From Octopus bimaculoides (lineage: Eukaryota), in assembly GCF_001194135.2 (NCBI RefSeq), contig NC_068995.1, forward strand, positions 47,138,819 to 47,171,167: DNA of 32,349 nt. The letters are read 5' to 3'. Below are positions 22,145 through 32,349 of the stretch, one piece after another. Numbering within the stretch: position 1 is the stretch's first letter; every line of letters starts with the position of its first letter. The notes under the pieces were generated by a model. That model searched no databases and was not told where the DNA came from. It saw only the letters and a list, made by a program, of their open reading frames with translations. The position numbers and the translations under genes are program-made.

Positions 22145-22674
22145 ATATCAACGTCTCCTTCATTGGACACTAAGCACGGCTTGTGAAGATCTGTTGGGGC
22201 AAGCAAAAGTGAAATCGTGATGGCACCTGTACCAGTGGAGCGCTAAGCACACCATCCGAGCGTGATCGTTGCCAGAGCAGCTGTCTGGCTTCCGTGCCAG
22301 TGGCACATAAATAGCACCATTTGAGCATGATCGTTACCAACGTCGCCTTACTGGCACTAGTGCTGCTGGCACGTGAAAAAACACTTGAGCAATTTCATTG
22401 CCAGTGCCGCTGGACTGGTTCCTGCACAGGTGGCATATACAATACACCATTTTGAGCATAACCATTGCCAGTACCGCCTGACTGGCTTTGTGCAGGTGGC
22501 ACGTAAAAGAACCCACTACACACTTGGAGTGGTTGGTGTTAGGAAGGGCATCCAGCTGTAGAAACTCTGCCAAATCAGATTGGAGCCTGGTGTAGCCATC
22601 TGGTTCACTAGTCCTCAGTCAAATCGTCCTACCCATGTTAGCATGGAAGGCAGACTTTAAACGATGATGACGAT
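22145..22674 (+). mobile_element. RTE-tailed retroposon (SINE or LINE 3' UTR) with internal ~65-bp subrepeats
   Basis: Ends cccatgttagcatggaaggcagactttaaacgatgatgacgat; reverse-complement match to 1878-2221. Confidence 0.85.
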
Positions 22675-22680
22675 ACATAT

Positions 22681-22966
22681 ATCTTGCTGAGGACTATGTT
22701 AAGGATATGTAACTTGCACATTAATTTCGTGAGCACGCTGTTCCACTGATTGAATCAACTAGAATGCTCGGTCTCATAACCGATGGATTGCCAATACCAG
22801 TTTCATATACATAGATAGATAGATAGGTGTTTTTATGTATATGAAACTGGTATTGGCAATCCATCGGTTATGAGACCGAGCATTCTAGTTGATTCAATCA
22901 GTGGAACAGCGTGCTCACGAAATTAATGTGCAAGTTGCGTATCCTTAACATAGTCCTCAGCAAGAT
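22681..22966. repeat. 133-bp near-perfect inverted repeat with a 20-nt spacer
   Basis: Arms 22681-22813 and 22834-22966 are complementary at 131/133 positions (checked by hand). Confidence 0.97.
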
Positions 22967-22994
22967 TCAGTGTGACACAATATGTTTTGAAGGT

Positions 22995-23885
22995 TGATGG
23001 TGATGGTGATGATGATGATGATGTGGACAACAATGATGATGATGGATGACGATGAGAACGTTGATGAAGGATGTGGTGATGATGATGATAATGAGGATGA
23101 TAGATGTGTTGTTGATGATGATGGATATGATGATGATGATGATGATGATGATGATTGGCTGTAGCAGTACAGTAGGAATTGTTGTTATTCTGATGAAAAA
23201 CACTGAAATTAGTTTTGCTCTTTTTAAAAAAATTTTTTTGTTTTTGTATTTCTTTTTATTATTATTATTATTATTATTATTGTTATTGTTTTCATTATTG
23301 TTGTTTGCTGTTGTTATTATTATTATTATCATCATCATTACTTTCATGCTGGTGCGTGTGTTTGTGTGAGAATGTGTAGCCCTGGGCATGAGGTAATGGC
23401 AACAAAGATTTGGTGGTGGTAGTAGTGGTGGTGGTGGTGGTGTGTGGTGGTGGTGTGTGGTGGTGGTGTGTGGTGGTGATGGTGGTGGTGATAGTGATGG
23501 TGGTAGTAGTGGTGGTGGTGCTTGTGGTGTTGGTGATGGTGGTATGTGTGGTGGTGGNNNNNNNNNNNNNNNNNNNNNNNNNNNNNNNNNNNNNNNNNNN
23601 NNNNNNNNNNNNNNNNNNNNNNNNNNNNNNNNNNNNNNNNNNNNNNNNNNNNNNNNNNNNNNNNNNNNNNNNNNNNNNNNNNNNGTAGTGGTGGTGGTGC
23701 TTGTGGTGTTGGTGATGTGATGGTGGTAGTGGTAGTGGTAGTCGTGGCACTTGTGGTGGTGGTGGTTGTGGTGGTGGTAGTGGTGGTGGTGCTTGTGATG
23801 GTGATGGTGGTGCTGCTGCTGGCGGTATGTGGTAGTGGTGGTGGTGGAGGTGGAGGAGCAAGTTTGTTGATGTTGATGTTTTTTC
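22995..23885. repeat. (GAT)n, (TTA)n and (GGT)n tracts with a gap at 23558-23684
   Basis: Directly visible. Confidence 0.9.
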
Positions 23886-24258
23886 ATTATTGATGATACA
23901 AAGTTTTATTGCTCAGAAACTACTATTAATATCAGGTTTCAATTGCCTATTCACAAAAACAACAACAACACAGACACACACACACACACAGACACACACA
24001 CACACACACACACACACCCGAATGCAAACTGACACAGACATCACATACAACAATACACACATAAATATATCTATTTATTTATGCAGTCAGTTGTTGTTGT
24101 TTTTGATGCAACAAGGCCTGCAGAACTACCATAGCTATCAATTTACTATCACATATGCACATGCACCAACACACATATGCACACGTACACATATCTATAC
24201 AATCATGCATTGACATATATAGTGGTCTTCTTTTTATATATATATGCATATATGTGTC

Positions 24259-24316
<58 letters not shown>

Positions 24317-25266
24317 NNNNNNNNNNNNNNNNNNNNNNNNNNNNNNNNNNNNNNNNNNNNNNNNNNNNNNNNNNNNNNNNNNNNNNNNNNNNNNNNNNNN
24401 NNNNNNNNNNNNNNNNNNNNNNNNNNNNNNNNNNNNNNNNNNNNNNNNNNNNNNNNNNNNNNNNNNNNNNNNNNNNNNNNNNNNNNNNNNNNNNNNNNNN
24501 NNNNNNNNNNNNNNNNNNNNNNNNNNNNNNNNNNNNNNNNNNNNNNNNNNNNNNNNNNNNNNNNNNNNNNNNNNNNNNNNNNNNNNNNNNNNNNNNNNNN
24601 NNNNNNNNNNNNNNNNNNNNNNNNNNNNNNNNNNNNNNNNNNNNNNNNNNNNNNNNNNNNNNNNNNNNNNNNNNNNNNNNNNNNNNNNNNNNNNNNNNNN
24701 NNNNNNNNNNNNNNNNNNNNNNNNNNNNNNNNNNNNNNNNNNNNNNNNNNNNNNNNNNNNNNNNNNNNNNNNNNNNNNNNNNNNNNNNNNNNNNNNNNNN
24801 NNNNNNNNNNNNNNNNNNNNNNNNNNNNNNNNNNNNNNNNNNNNNNNNNNNNNNNNNNNNNNNNNNNNNNNNNNNNNNNNNNNNNNNNNNNNNNNNNNNN
24901 NNNNNNNNNNNNNNNNNNNNNNNNNNNNNNNNNNNNNNNNNNNNNNNNNNNNNNNNNNNNNNNNNNNNNNNNNNNNNNNNNNNNNNNNNNNNNNNNNNNN
25001 NNNNNNNNNNNNNNNNNNNNNNNNNNNNNNNNNNNNNNNNNNNNNNNNNNNNNNNNNNNNNNNNNNNNNNNNNNNNNNNNNNNNNNNNNNNNNNNNNNNN
25101 NNNNNNNNNNNNNNNNNNNNNNNNNNNNNNNNNNNNNNNNNNNNNNNNNNNNNNNNNNNNNNNNNNNNNNNNNNNNNNNNNNNNNNNNNNNNNNNNNNNN
25201 NNNNNNNNNNNNNNNNNNNNNNNNNNNNNNNNNNNNNNNNNNNNNNNNNNNNNNNNNNNNNNNNNN

Positions 25267-25572
25267 GCGCAATCGTCTCTCTTGCACGCCACAACTGATG
25301 CTTCTAATGTTCAGCTTTTCTCTCAAGATACTTACACTCTGACGGGTATTCACATTGACATTACACATCCAACGGAGCATACTGGCTTCATTCCTTGCGA
25401 GCTTACGTATGTCCTCAGCAGTTACAGCCCATGTTTCACTGCCATGTAGCATGGTTGTTCGTACGCATGCGTCATACAGTCTGCCTTTTACTCTGAGTGA
25501 GAGTCCCTTTGTCGCCAGCAGGGGTAAGAGCTCTCTAAACTTTGCCCAGGCTATTCTTATTCTAGCAGCTAC
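25267..25572 (-). mobile_element. RTE-clade LINE ORF2 fragment (region C-terminal to RT), 5'-truncated, continuing into the gap
   Basis: Stop-free AARIRIAWAKFRELLPLLATKGLSLRVKGRLYDACVRTTMLHGSETWAVTAEDIRKLARNEASMLRWMCNV..QERRLR; the LxGSETW and RLR(W) motifs are typical of RTE elements. Confidence 0.9.
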
Positions 25573-25724
25573 ACACATATATAAACATTTATATATATAT
25601 ATATATACACACATATATAAACATATACATATATGTAAATATATGTAATTGTATATGTATGTATATTTATGCCTGTTTACTTGCCTGACTAGAAATATAC
25701 ATATGCATGAATATGTACACATAC

Positions 25725-25805
<81 letters not shown>

Positions 25806-25936
25806 TTCCTATACATACATTAACAAATACACGTGTATTTGTGTCTGCAAGTGTAAATCTGTATGCATACATGTATGTTATGCATATCTATCTATCTGTC
25901 TGTCTGTATGTATGTATGTATGTATGTATGTATGTA

Positions 25937-25993
<57 letters not shown>

Positions 25994-26020
25994 GTGTGTG
26001 TGTGTGTGTGTGTGTGTATT
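25573..26020. repeat. (TA)n/(TATG)n/(GT)n compound microsatellites
   Basis: Directly visible. Confidence 0.9.
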
Positions 26021-26134
26021 TCTTCAACTGTTCATATATTTCGGAATTCTTCCCTGAAGGAATGCACTGGTTTCTTACTAAGAAGCAAATGTTCCATTAT
26101 TGGAGTTCAAATAACAACTAGAATTCTTATGTTT

Positions 26135-26255
26135 CTGAAGTCCCTTTTCCATGCTGGCATGGGTTAAATGGTTTGACAGGAGCTGGTCAGACAGGAAGAT
26201 GCAGCAGGTTCCAATTGTCTGCATTGGCATAGTTCCATTGGACCTTCCTATGCAC
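26135..26255 (-). mobile_element. RTE-type 3' tail fragment, diverged
   Basis: gtcccttttccatgctggcatgggttaaatggtttgacagg. Confidence 0.65.
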
Positions 26256-26271
26256 CACCATCAATCATGAA

Positions 26272-26632
26272 TCAGCCCCAGTATTTAATGTTTTCAGTAA
26301 GCCTGGTAATTATTCTATCAGTCTCTTTTGCTGAACCACTAAGTTACAAGAACATAAACACACCAACACCTGTTGTCAAAGACAGTGGTGGATCAAACAT
26401 AGACAAAGAAACATGGACATACATACATACATACAAGTGTGTGTCTGTATGTATATGTGTGTGTGTGTTTGTTCGTGTGTGCTTTTTTCAGCTTCCATTT
26501 TTACCAAATTCATTCACAAGACTTTGCTCAATCCAAAGCTATAGTAGAAGACACTTGCCCAAAGTACTACGCATGGACTGAACCCAGAACCATATGGTTT
26601 GAAAGCAAACACCTTACCACACAACCACGCTG
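26272..26632 (-). mobile_element. SINE family 1, diverged near full-length copy
   Basis: Colinear with 5335-5650, including the tRNA-like head (ggactgaacccagaacc..cttaccacacaacc). Confidence 0.8.
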
Positions 26633-26664
26633 GGCAACTAACCTCTATGGCTGTACATAACTTT

Positions 26665-26968
26665 TGTTTTCAATCTCAAATAACCGTATCAGATGTGTTA
26701 TGTTCGTACATCATAGAAGTTTTAATGGGAAAGTTCCATCAATAATCTTACGCTGATATGAACGTGTGTAATCAATAATAGAATTATTTTTTATGTTTGC
26801 CCCAGAGCATTTTTTTTTTTTTTTTCGGTGGATGGCATTGTAAATTGTTTTAGCAATATTATCGTGTTGCAATGAAAAATAGTACTTCAATGACATTTTA
26901 GGGCAGTTGCTAATTGTATGAATTATGTACTCCACACAAAAAGAACATCATCGACATTTGAGGTTGCA
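26665..26968 (-). mobile_element. R4/Dong-like (RLE-type) non-LTR retrotransposon remnant
   Basis: CNLKCR*CSFCVEYIIHTISNCPKMSLKYYFSLQHDNIAKTIYNAI (CCHC knuckle followed by an RHD-like motif), then a frameshifted Y*WNFPIKTSMMYEHNTSDTVI* at the RLE PD position. Confidence 0.75.
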
Positions 26969-27295
26969 TCTTGGGAGTTCAAGCCCCGTGTCTATATGTG
27001 TGCGTATGTGTCTATCTATATGCATGTGGGTGTATGCATTTATGTACACACACACACACACACACACACGTACACACACACACATATCAATCATTAGGGT
27101 GCACAAGGCGCCTACCTGCTAGAAAGAACCACCTACATTATTGTTGTTGTTATCAACTATTTATATTATCACAGATAATAATAATAATAATAGTATGTAT
27201 ATAAATATTCACTTTTGAATATTTTATTGCTTATATATATGTATATATTTATATATTTATATATATATCTTAGGTCCTGGTAGGGTATAAAGCTA

Positions 27296-28092
27296 CAGTG
27301 CCTTGAAAAAGTCTACACCCCCTTTGAAAATTTATATATTTTGTATAATTTAACAGGGAACAACACATTTTTTCAATTCCAATGATTGTCAAATAATAAG
27401 CAAATCCATCACACTTTCCTTTTTTGATATAAAGATTACTTTTTAATAATTTCACGCTGATTCTTAAAATCATATATCTTAGAAAAATGTCTTTGCAAAA
27501 GTCTACACCCTCTCCTCCAGATATTATACTGGGTTATCAGGTAGTTTATCATTGATGTAGACAATCCAAAACAATCAAAAGTGACATGTGTGTTCTACCA
27601 TAACAAACAAACTTGGTCAGTCTATTATTTTGCTATATAAGGTGATTTCACTGCCTATAAAACCATTCACCACATGTTTTTTTTGTTTTTGGTATGTTGG
27701 TCTTTGGACTCTGACTGTAAACACAAGGTGTCCAAGGGAAAGAAAATGGGCAAGCCTCTATCTCATGAACTTAAAAACCTTATTATTCAAAAGTACAATG
27801 AAAATAATCGCTATAAAAAGATTGCAAAAACTTTAGAATTGCCCCTAAGCACTGTTAAAACTGTAGTTAAGAAATGGTTAGTGCACAAAACCACTGCTTC
27901 CCTACCAAGATCTGGGAGACCGAATTCGAAACTGGTCCGGGAGGCAACCTCCAACCCTAGTGCAACACTGGAAGACTTGAAAGCTTCAGTTTCCAGTACT
28001 GGGACAGATATCCATGCATCTACACTTTCCAGAGTATTGCACCGGTCTGGCCTGCAAGGGAGGCTAGCTAGAAAAAAGCCCCTTCTGAAGCC
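27296..28092 (+). mobile_element. Tc1-like transposon of IR/DR type, 5' half, truncated by an assembly gap
   Basis: TA|CAGTGCCTTGAAAAAGTCTACACCC TIR at 27296; inner direct repeat ctttgcaaaagtctacaccc at 27491-27510; transposase ORF downstream. Confidence 0.92.
27746..28092 (+). CDS. Tc1 transposase N-terminal paired-like HTH domain (partial)
   Basis: MGKPLSHELKNLIIQKYNENNRYKKIAKTLELPLSTVKTVVKKW..LPRSGRP..LVREATSNP..LHRSGLQGRLARKKPLLK; no stop before the gap. Confidence 0.85.
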
Positions 28093-28868
28093 NNNNNNNN
28101 NNNNNNNNNNNNNNNNNNNNNNNNNNNNNNNNNNNNNNNNNNNNNNNNNNNNNNNNNNNNNNNNNNNNNNNNNNNNNNNNNNNNNNNNNNNNNNNNNNNN
28201 NNNNNNNNNNNNNNNNNNNNNNNNNNNNNNNNNNNNNNNNNNNNNNNNNNNNNNNNNNNNNNNNNNNNNNNNNNNNNNNNNNNNNNNNNNNNNNNNNNNN
28301 NNNNNNNNNNNNNNNNNNNNNNNNNNNNNNNNNNNNNNNNNNNNNNNNNNNNNNNNNNNNNNNNNNNNNNNNNNNNNNNNNNNNNNNNNNNNNNNNNNNN
28401 NNNNNNNNNNNNNNNNNNNNNNNNNNNNNNNNNNNNNNNNNNNNNNNNNNNNNNNNNNNNNNNNNNNNNNNNNNNNNNNNNNNNNNNNNNNNNNNNNNNN
28501 NNNNNNNNNNNNNNNNNNNNNNNNNNNNNNNNNNNNNNNNNNNNNNNNNNNNNNNNNNNNNNNNNNNNNNNNNNNNNNNNNNNNNNNNNNNNNNNNNNNN
28601 NNNNNNNNNNNNNNNNNNNNNNNNNNNNNNNNNNNNNNNNNNNNNNNNNNNNNNNNNNNNNNNNNNNNNNNNNNNNNNNNNNNNNNNNNNNNNNNNNNNN
28701 NNNNNNNNNNNNNNNNNNNNNNNNNNNNNNNNNNNNNNNNNNNNNNNNNNNNNNNNNNNNNNNNNNNNNNNNNNNNNNNNNNNNNNNNNNNNNNNNNNNN
28801 NNNNNNNNNNNNNNNNNNNNNNNNNNNNNNNNNNNNNNNNNNNNNNNNNNNNNNNNNNNNNNNNNNNN

Positions 28869-28937
<69 letters not shown>

Positions 28938-28939
<2 letters not shown>

Positions 28940-29195
28940 TGATTACATGATCCACCAGGCTCTCAGATGTTGTTACGCATTGATGGTGACAGTGGGCTTT
29001 TGCATTGTCTTAGCTTTCAAATGATGCCACCCCGCTGGTTAAGTAAGCAGGCCAACATTTCCCCCTGATCAAAAGAGGGATTAGGGCAACCTGAAATTAA
29101 GTGTTTTGCTCAAGAACTCATTCTTGCTGCCCAAAGAATTAAACCTGTGATCCAGTGGTCAGGAATGCAACAGCCTTACCACTAGGCCATGCACC
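28938..29195 (-). mobile_element. tRNA-derived SINE (fourth family), degenerate
   Basis: Minus strand starts ggtgcaTGGCCTAGTGGtaagg (A box), has a decayed B box (caggtttaattc) and a gttcttgagcaaaacactt body. Confidence 0.7.
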
Positions 29196-29278
29196 TTCCC
29201 CCCCCACCACAAGTATGTGTCTGTGTATATATATATATATGTATCTGTGTGTATATACTTATATATATATATATATAT

Positions 29279-29310
<32 letters not shown>

Positions 29311-29552
29311 GCATACATACACACATGTACGAACACAAGGATAAGTTGATAGATGTGCTTTGTTTAATATTTCTTCTCATTAATCTTACCATTAATGAAA
29401 TGTGTCATGAAAATGGAAGAACAGAACCATCAAAGATGATAATTCTCTGGAGAGATTCTGTTGCCATTATTTACCAGAACTTTGATGACAAGTTAACCTT
29501 TCCCCTTTGTAGAAAGTCACATGATTTGCTAAAACTAGTAAACGAATTTCTC

Positions 29553-29780
29553 TTAACCTTTTAGCATGCAGATTATTCTATCAAATATAATGATTAATTA
29601 TTCAATTGTTTTGTTTTAATCATGTATTATCTAATAGCTGTGAGATTTTGATAATGTCATTGTTTATTTTTAGATTGGTATTGTAGGGTAGGTGTGAGAG
29701 ACCAGATCTGGCTGGTTTGAACACCAAAAAAGGTGAAATATTTTTATCAGATATGATCAGTTTAAATGCTAAATGGTTAA
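29553..29780. mobile_element. 228-bp TTAA-flanked (piggyBac-type) MITE
   Basis: ttaaccttttagcat (29553) and atgctaaatggttaa (to 29780) match at 14/15 positions as inverted ends including TTAA. Confidence 0.85.
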
Positions 29781-30293
29781 GTATCTGTATGTATGTATAA
29801 TATATATGTATATATGTATGTATGATGTATGTATAATACTATATATAGATATATATATATACCGGAGTAAGCACATGAAATGTGCAACAAGGTGGAAAAA
29901 AGAGTACTCAAATACCAGAGGTAGAGTAATAGTATATATATATATATATATATATATATAGGTAGATAGATAAATATTTATAAATATATATACACATATA
30001 TACACATACATATATGCTGAGAGCTCCTTTGGTCATGACTGATCTATATACAGGTAATGAATATACTGGGATAAGTTTTCCAGGCAGGCTTTCAGGTATA
30101 TCTCACACCTGTGGAAAGGTCCTGAATGAAGGGGCAAGAAGAATATAGTGGGTTGCATATGCAAGTGCCCATTCCCTGTACCGAAGAAACATGTGTCGGC
30201 CATTTTAACTAATTATCCTGTGTAATTAACTGTTAGATTAAAAGGAAAAATTTTAAGATGTTCCGGTCTCTGTATTCATTGTAATTGTTTTGG

Positions 30294-30338
<45 letters not shown>

Positions 30339-30884
30339 GCAATGTGAGACAACACTGGATAAAAAGCAATATACACATAGACAATAGACTGGATGGTCAT
30401 ACATGAAAAGATTGTAATCAGAAATCTGTTCAATCAAAGTTGAGTCGGGTTTAAACAGCAAGGATGTTAAAAAAAAAAAAAATTATCTCAAAATTTGCTG
30501 TTTAATTTCAATTTTTGAAAAATTCTTCATGCGTATAAAAACCTGATGAAGTACAAAATTTTTCTACCTTGACAGGAAAAAAAACCCCACCATCACCACC
30601 ACGACCACTGCCACTACTACTACTGAAATGCAAGCGGTGTGTGCGGCATCTTTTTGAGTGTGAAGATAGTTTACGCTGCGTCTTTAATGAGGTTATAAAT
30701 GTACAAACTACTTTTAATCTCAAAAAATCTAACGCAGTTATCAAAGCCTCAGCTTGACTCGTTTATCAACATAAACATGCAAGAAGATTGTGCATCCAGA
30801 TGCAGTTTAAATTTCTGTTGTGGCTTTTACAGAAATGGCAGAGTTGTGAGAATGCTGGGTAGTGAGGTAGACGCTTTCATAAAT

Positions 30885-30895
30885 GTGCATGCACA

Positions 30896-30926
<31 letters not shown>

Positions 30927-31079
30927 GCGCATACACGTGCACACATGCACAAACACACATGTTTGATGAAAATGTTTGATGAAAATGTTTGATGAAAATG
31001 TCTGATGAAAATGTCTGATGACAATGTCTGATGAAAATGTCTGATGAAAATGTCTGATNNNNNNNNNNGTGCATGCACA

Positions 31080-31110
<31 letters not shown>

Positions 31111-31262
31111 GCGCATACACGTGCACACATGCACAAACACACATGTTTGATGAAAATGTTTGATGAAAATGTTTGATGAAAATGTCTGATGAAAATGTCT
31201 GATGACAATGTCTGATGAAAATGTCTGATGAAAATGTCTGATGAAAATGTCTGATGAAAATG
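30885..31262. repeat. (GCAC)n plus 13-bp minisatellite (gt[t/c]tgatgaaaat), duplicated across a 10-N gap
   Basis: 30885-31058 equals 31069-31242, including the order of variant units. Confidence 0.9.
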
Positions 31263-31894
31263 TTTCATTAAAATAATTGACGATAATGCTTCATGAAAAT
31301 GATATCGACAAACATTTTTATAGAACATTTTTATCAAACATTTTCTGGTCTCGTTTAACTACAGCTGCAAGGTAATCCACTAGTCAGGAGAATGATGGAA
31401 GGATAAGTAACTGAAAGATAATAAGATGAATGGTGAGGGGCCCAGATGTCTGGATACACAATATTCATCCACAACCACAATGCCATCAAGGAAGTATTGA
31501 TAGGTAAGCATTCTCAAGCACTGTGTGTCACAAATCAACTCATGTCCTTCATTATCTATACACACACACACACATATGTATGTATGTTCATGATAAAGAT
31601 GTTGATGTTTTGCAGACTAAGACTGGCTGTAGATGAAAATTTGAAAAACACTCAGTGCAAAAATTCCATGATGTAATGAAGGCCTGTGTCAGCCTGGTGT
31701 TAGGGATGGGGATTAAGTATCTGAACACCTGCTGAAAGAGGTGCCCATCATTTCCAAATTTGTGCTAAATGAATGTAGGACTTGAGCAGAACTGAAAAAC
31801 AAAAAGCACATCTGTGCTGCCTTAAGCAAGCAGCAATCAATCAGCAAGGCCACTGCTCCAAATGAAGTTTTAGCCATCATGTATGTTCGTAACA

Positions 31895-32300
31895 ATTACA
31901 ACAGCAACAAATACAAGACCACCACTACTACTACTACCAACAACAACAACAACAGCAGCAGCAGCAATAACAACAGCCTCTTTCTCATCACACCATCACC
32001 CAACAGCCAACAATAGAGATTGGCAATAGCTGAAAGGAAGTAAAGACAGCTTCGCTAATTAGAACAACAACTATTACAGGTAAGATTGTGTGTATTATCT
32101 GGACAGGTAAGTCATGATGGCACCATGGTGGATGTTGAGGTGGAGGTGGCAGTGGCAACAGTGGCGGCGGCATGGCACTGAGCCTCAATTTGTATTAGAT
32201 TTTGTATTGTTTATGTCCGCTAATCACCATTCATCATCTTCACCACCACCACCACCACCACCACCACCACCACCATCTCCACCACTATACGCACATCCCT
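31895..32300. repeat. (AAC/AGC/ACC)n tracts
   Basis: Visible at 31895-31975 and 32230-32290, with unique sequence between them. Confidence 0.7.
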
Positions 32301-32349
32301 ACGCCTTTATTTTACCTCGCCTACCACTACTTACATCTTCCTCCTCTTC

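Noticed and set aside
23507-23716. Repeated gtagtggtggtggtgcttgtggtgttggtgatg on both sides of a gap
   Set aside because: Low-complexity sequence at contig ends; probable assembly overlap.
30885-31242. Exact 174-bp tandem duplication
   Set aside because: The copies are identical, including variant order, and flank a 10-N gap; most likely unmerged overlapping contig ends.
30961-31262. 13-bp repeat containing CTGATGA and GAAA (hammerhead core or snoRNA C/D box-like words)
   Set aside because: The motifs overlap within one short unit with no room for stems; coincidental minisatellite content.
31446-31520. Peptide MSGYTIFIHNHNAIKEVLIG with a following gtaagc donor, loosely like the P450 'AKEVL' region
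   Set aside because: In-frame stop just upstream, no good acceptor and no other P450 exons; similarity too short.
2920-32188. Dozens of poly-His/Thr/Val/Tyr-Ile/Cys-Val ORFs and long X-filled ORFs in the ORF track
   Set aside because: They are translations of microsatellites or read through N gaps; no domain content except the transposon fragments listed.

Overview
AT-rich, gap-containing eukaryotic draft-assembly window with no host protein-coding gene that I can support. The repeat content (tRNA-head SINEs with internal TA/CA microsatellites, RTE-tailed elements ending (GAT)n, TTAA-flanked MITEs, very dense CAT/CAC/TA/CA simple repeats) matches what I recall from Octopus (coleoid cephalopod) genomes. 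That species assignment is from recall, not a search. Nearly all listed ORFs are microsatellite or N-gap artefacts. Recognisable protein remnants are all transposon-derived: two internally deleted mariners (91-766, 7194-7478), a DD41D rosa/Visitor-type element in two opposed pieces (8847-9404), an RTE LINE ORF2 fragment (25267-25572), an R4/Dong-like CCHC+RLE remnant (26665-26968) plus three related older copies, and a stop-free IR/DR-type Tc1 running into a gap (27296-28092). Most notable observations: a type I hammerhead-ribozyme-like fold with a 22-position stem II (9527-9636), weaker hammerhead-like motifs at 3.4 kb and 14.5 kb, a 133-bp near-perfect palindrome (22681-22966), a chimeric SINE, and a cluster of inverted repeat pairs at 16.6-23 kb that could form dsRNA.
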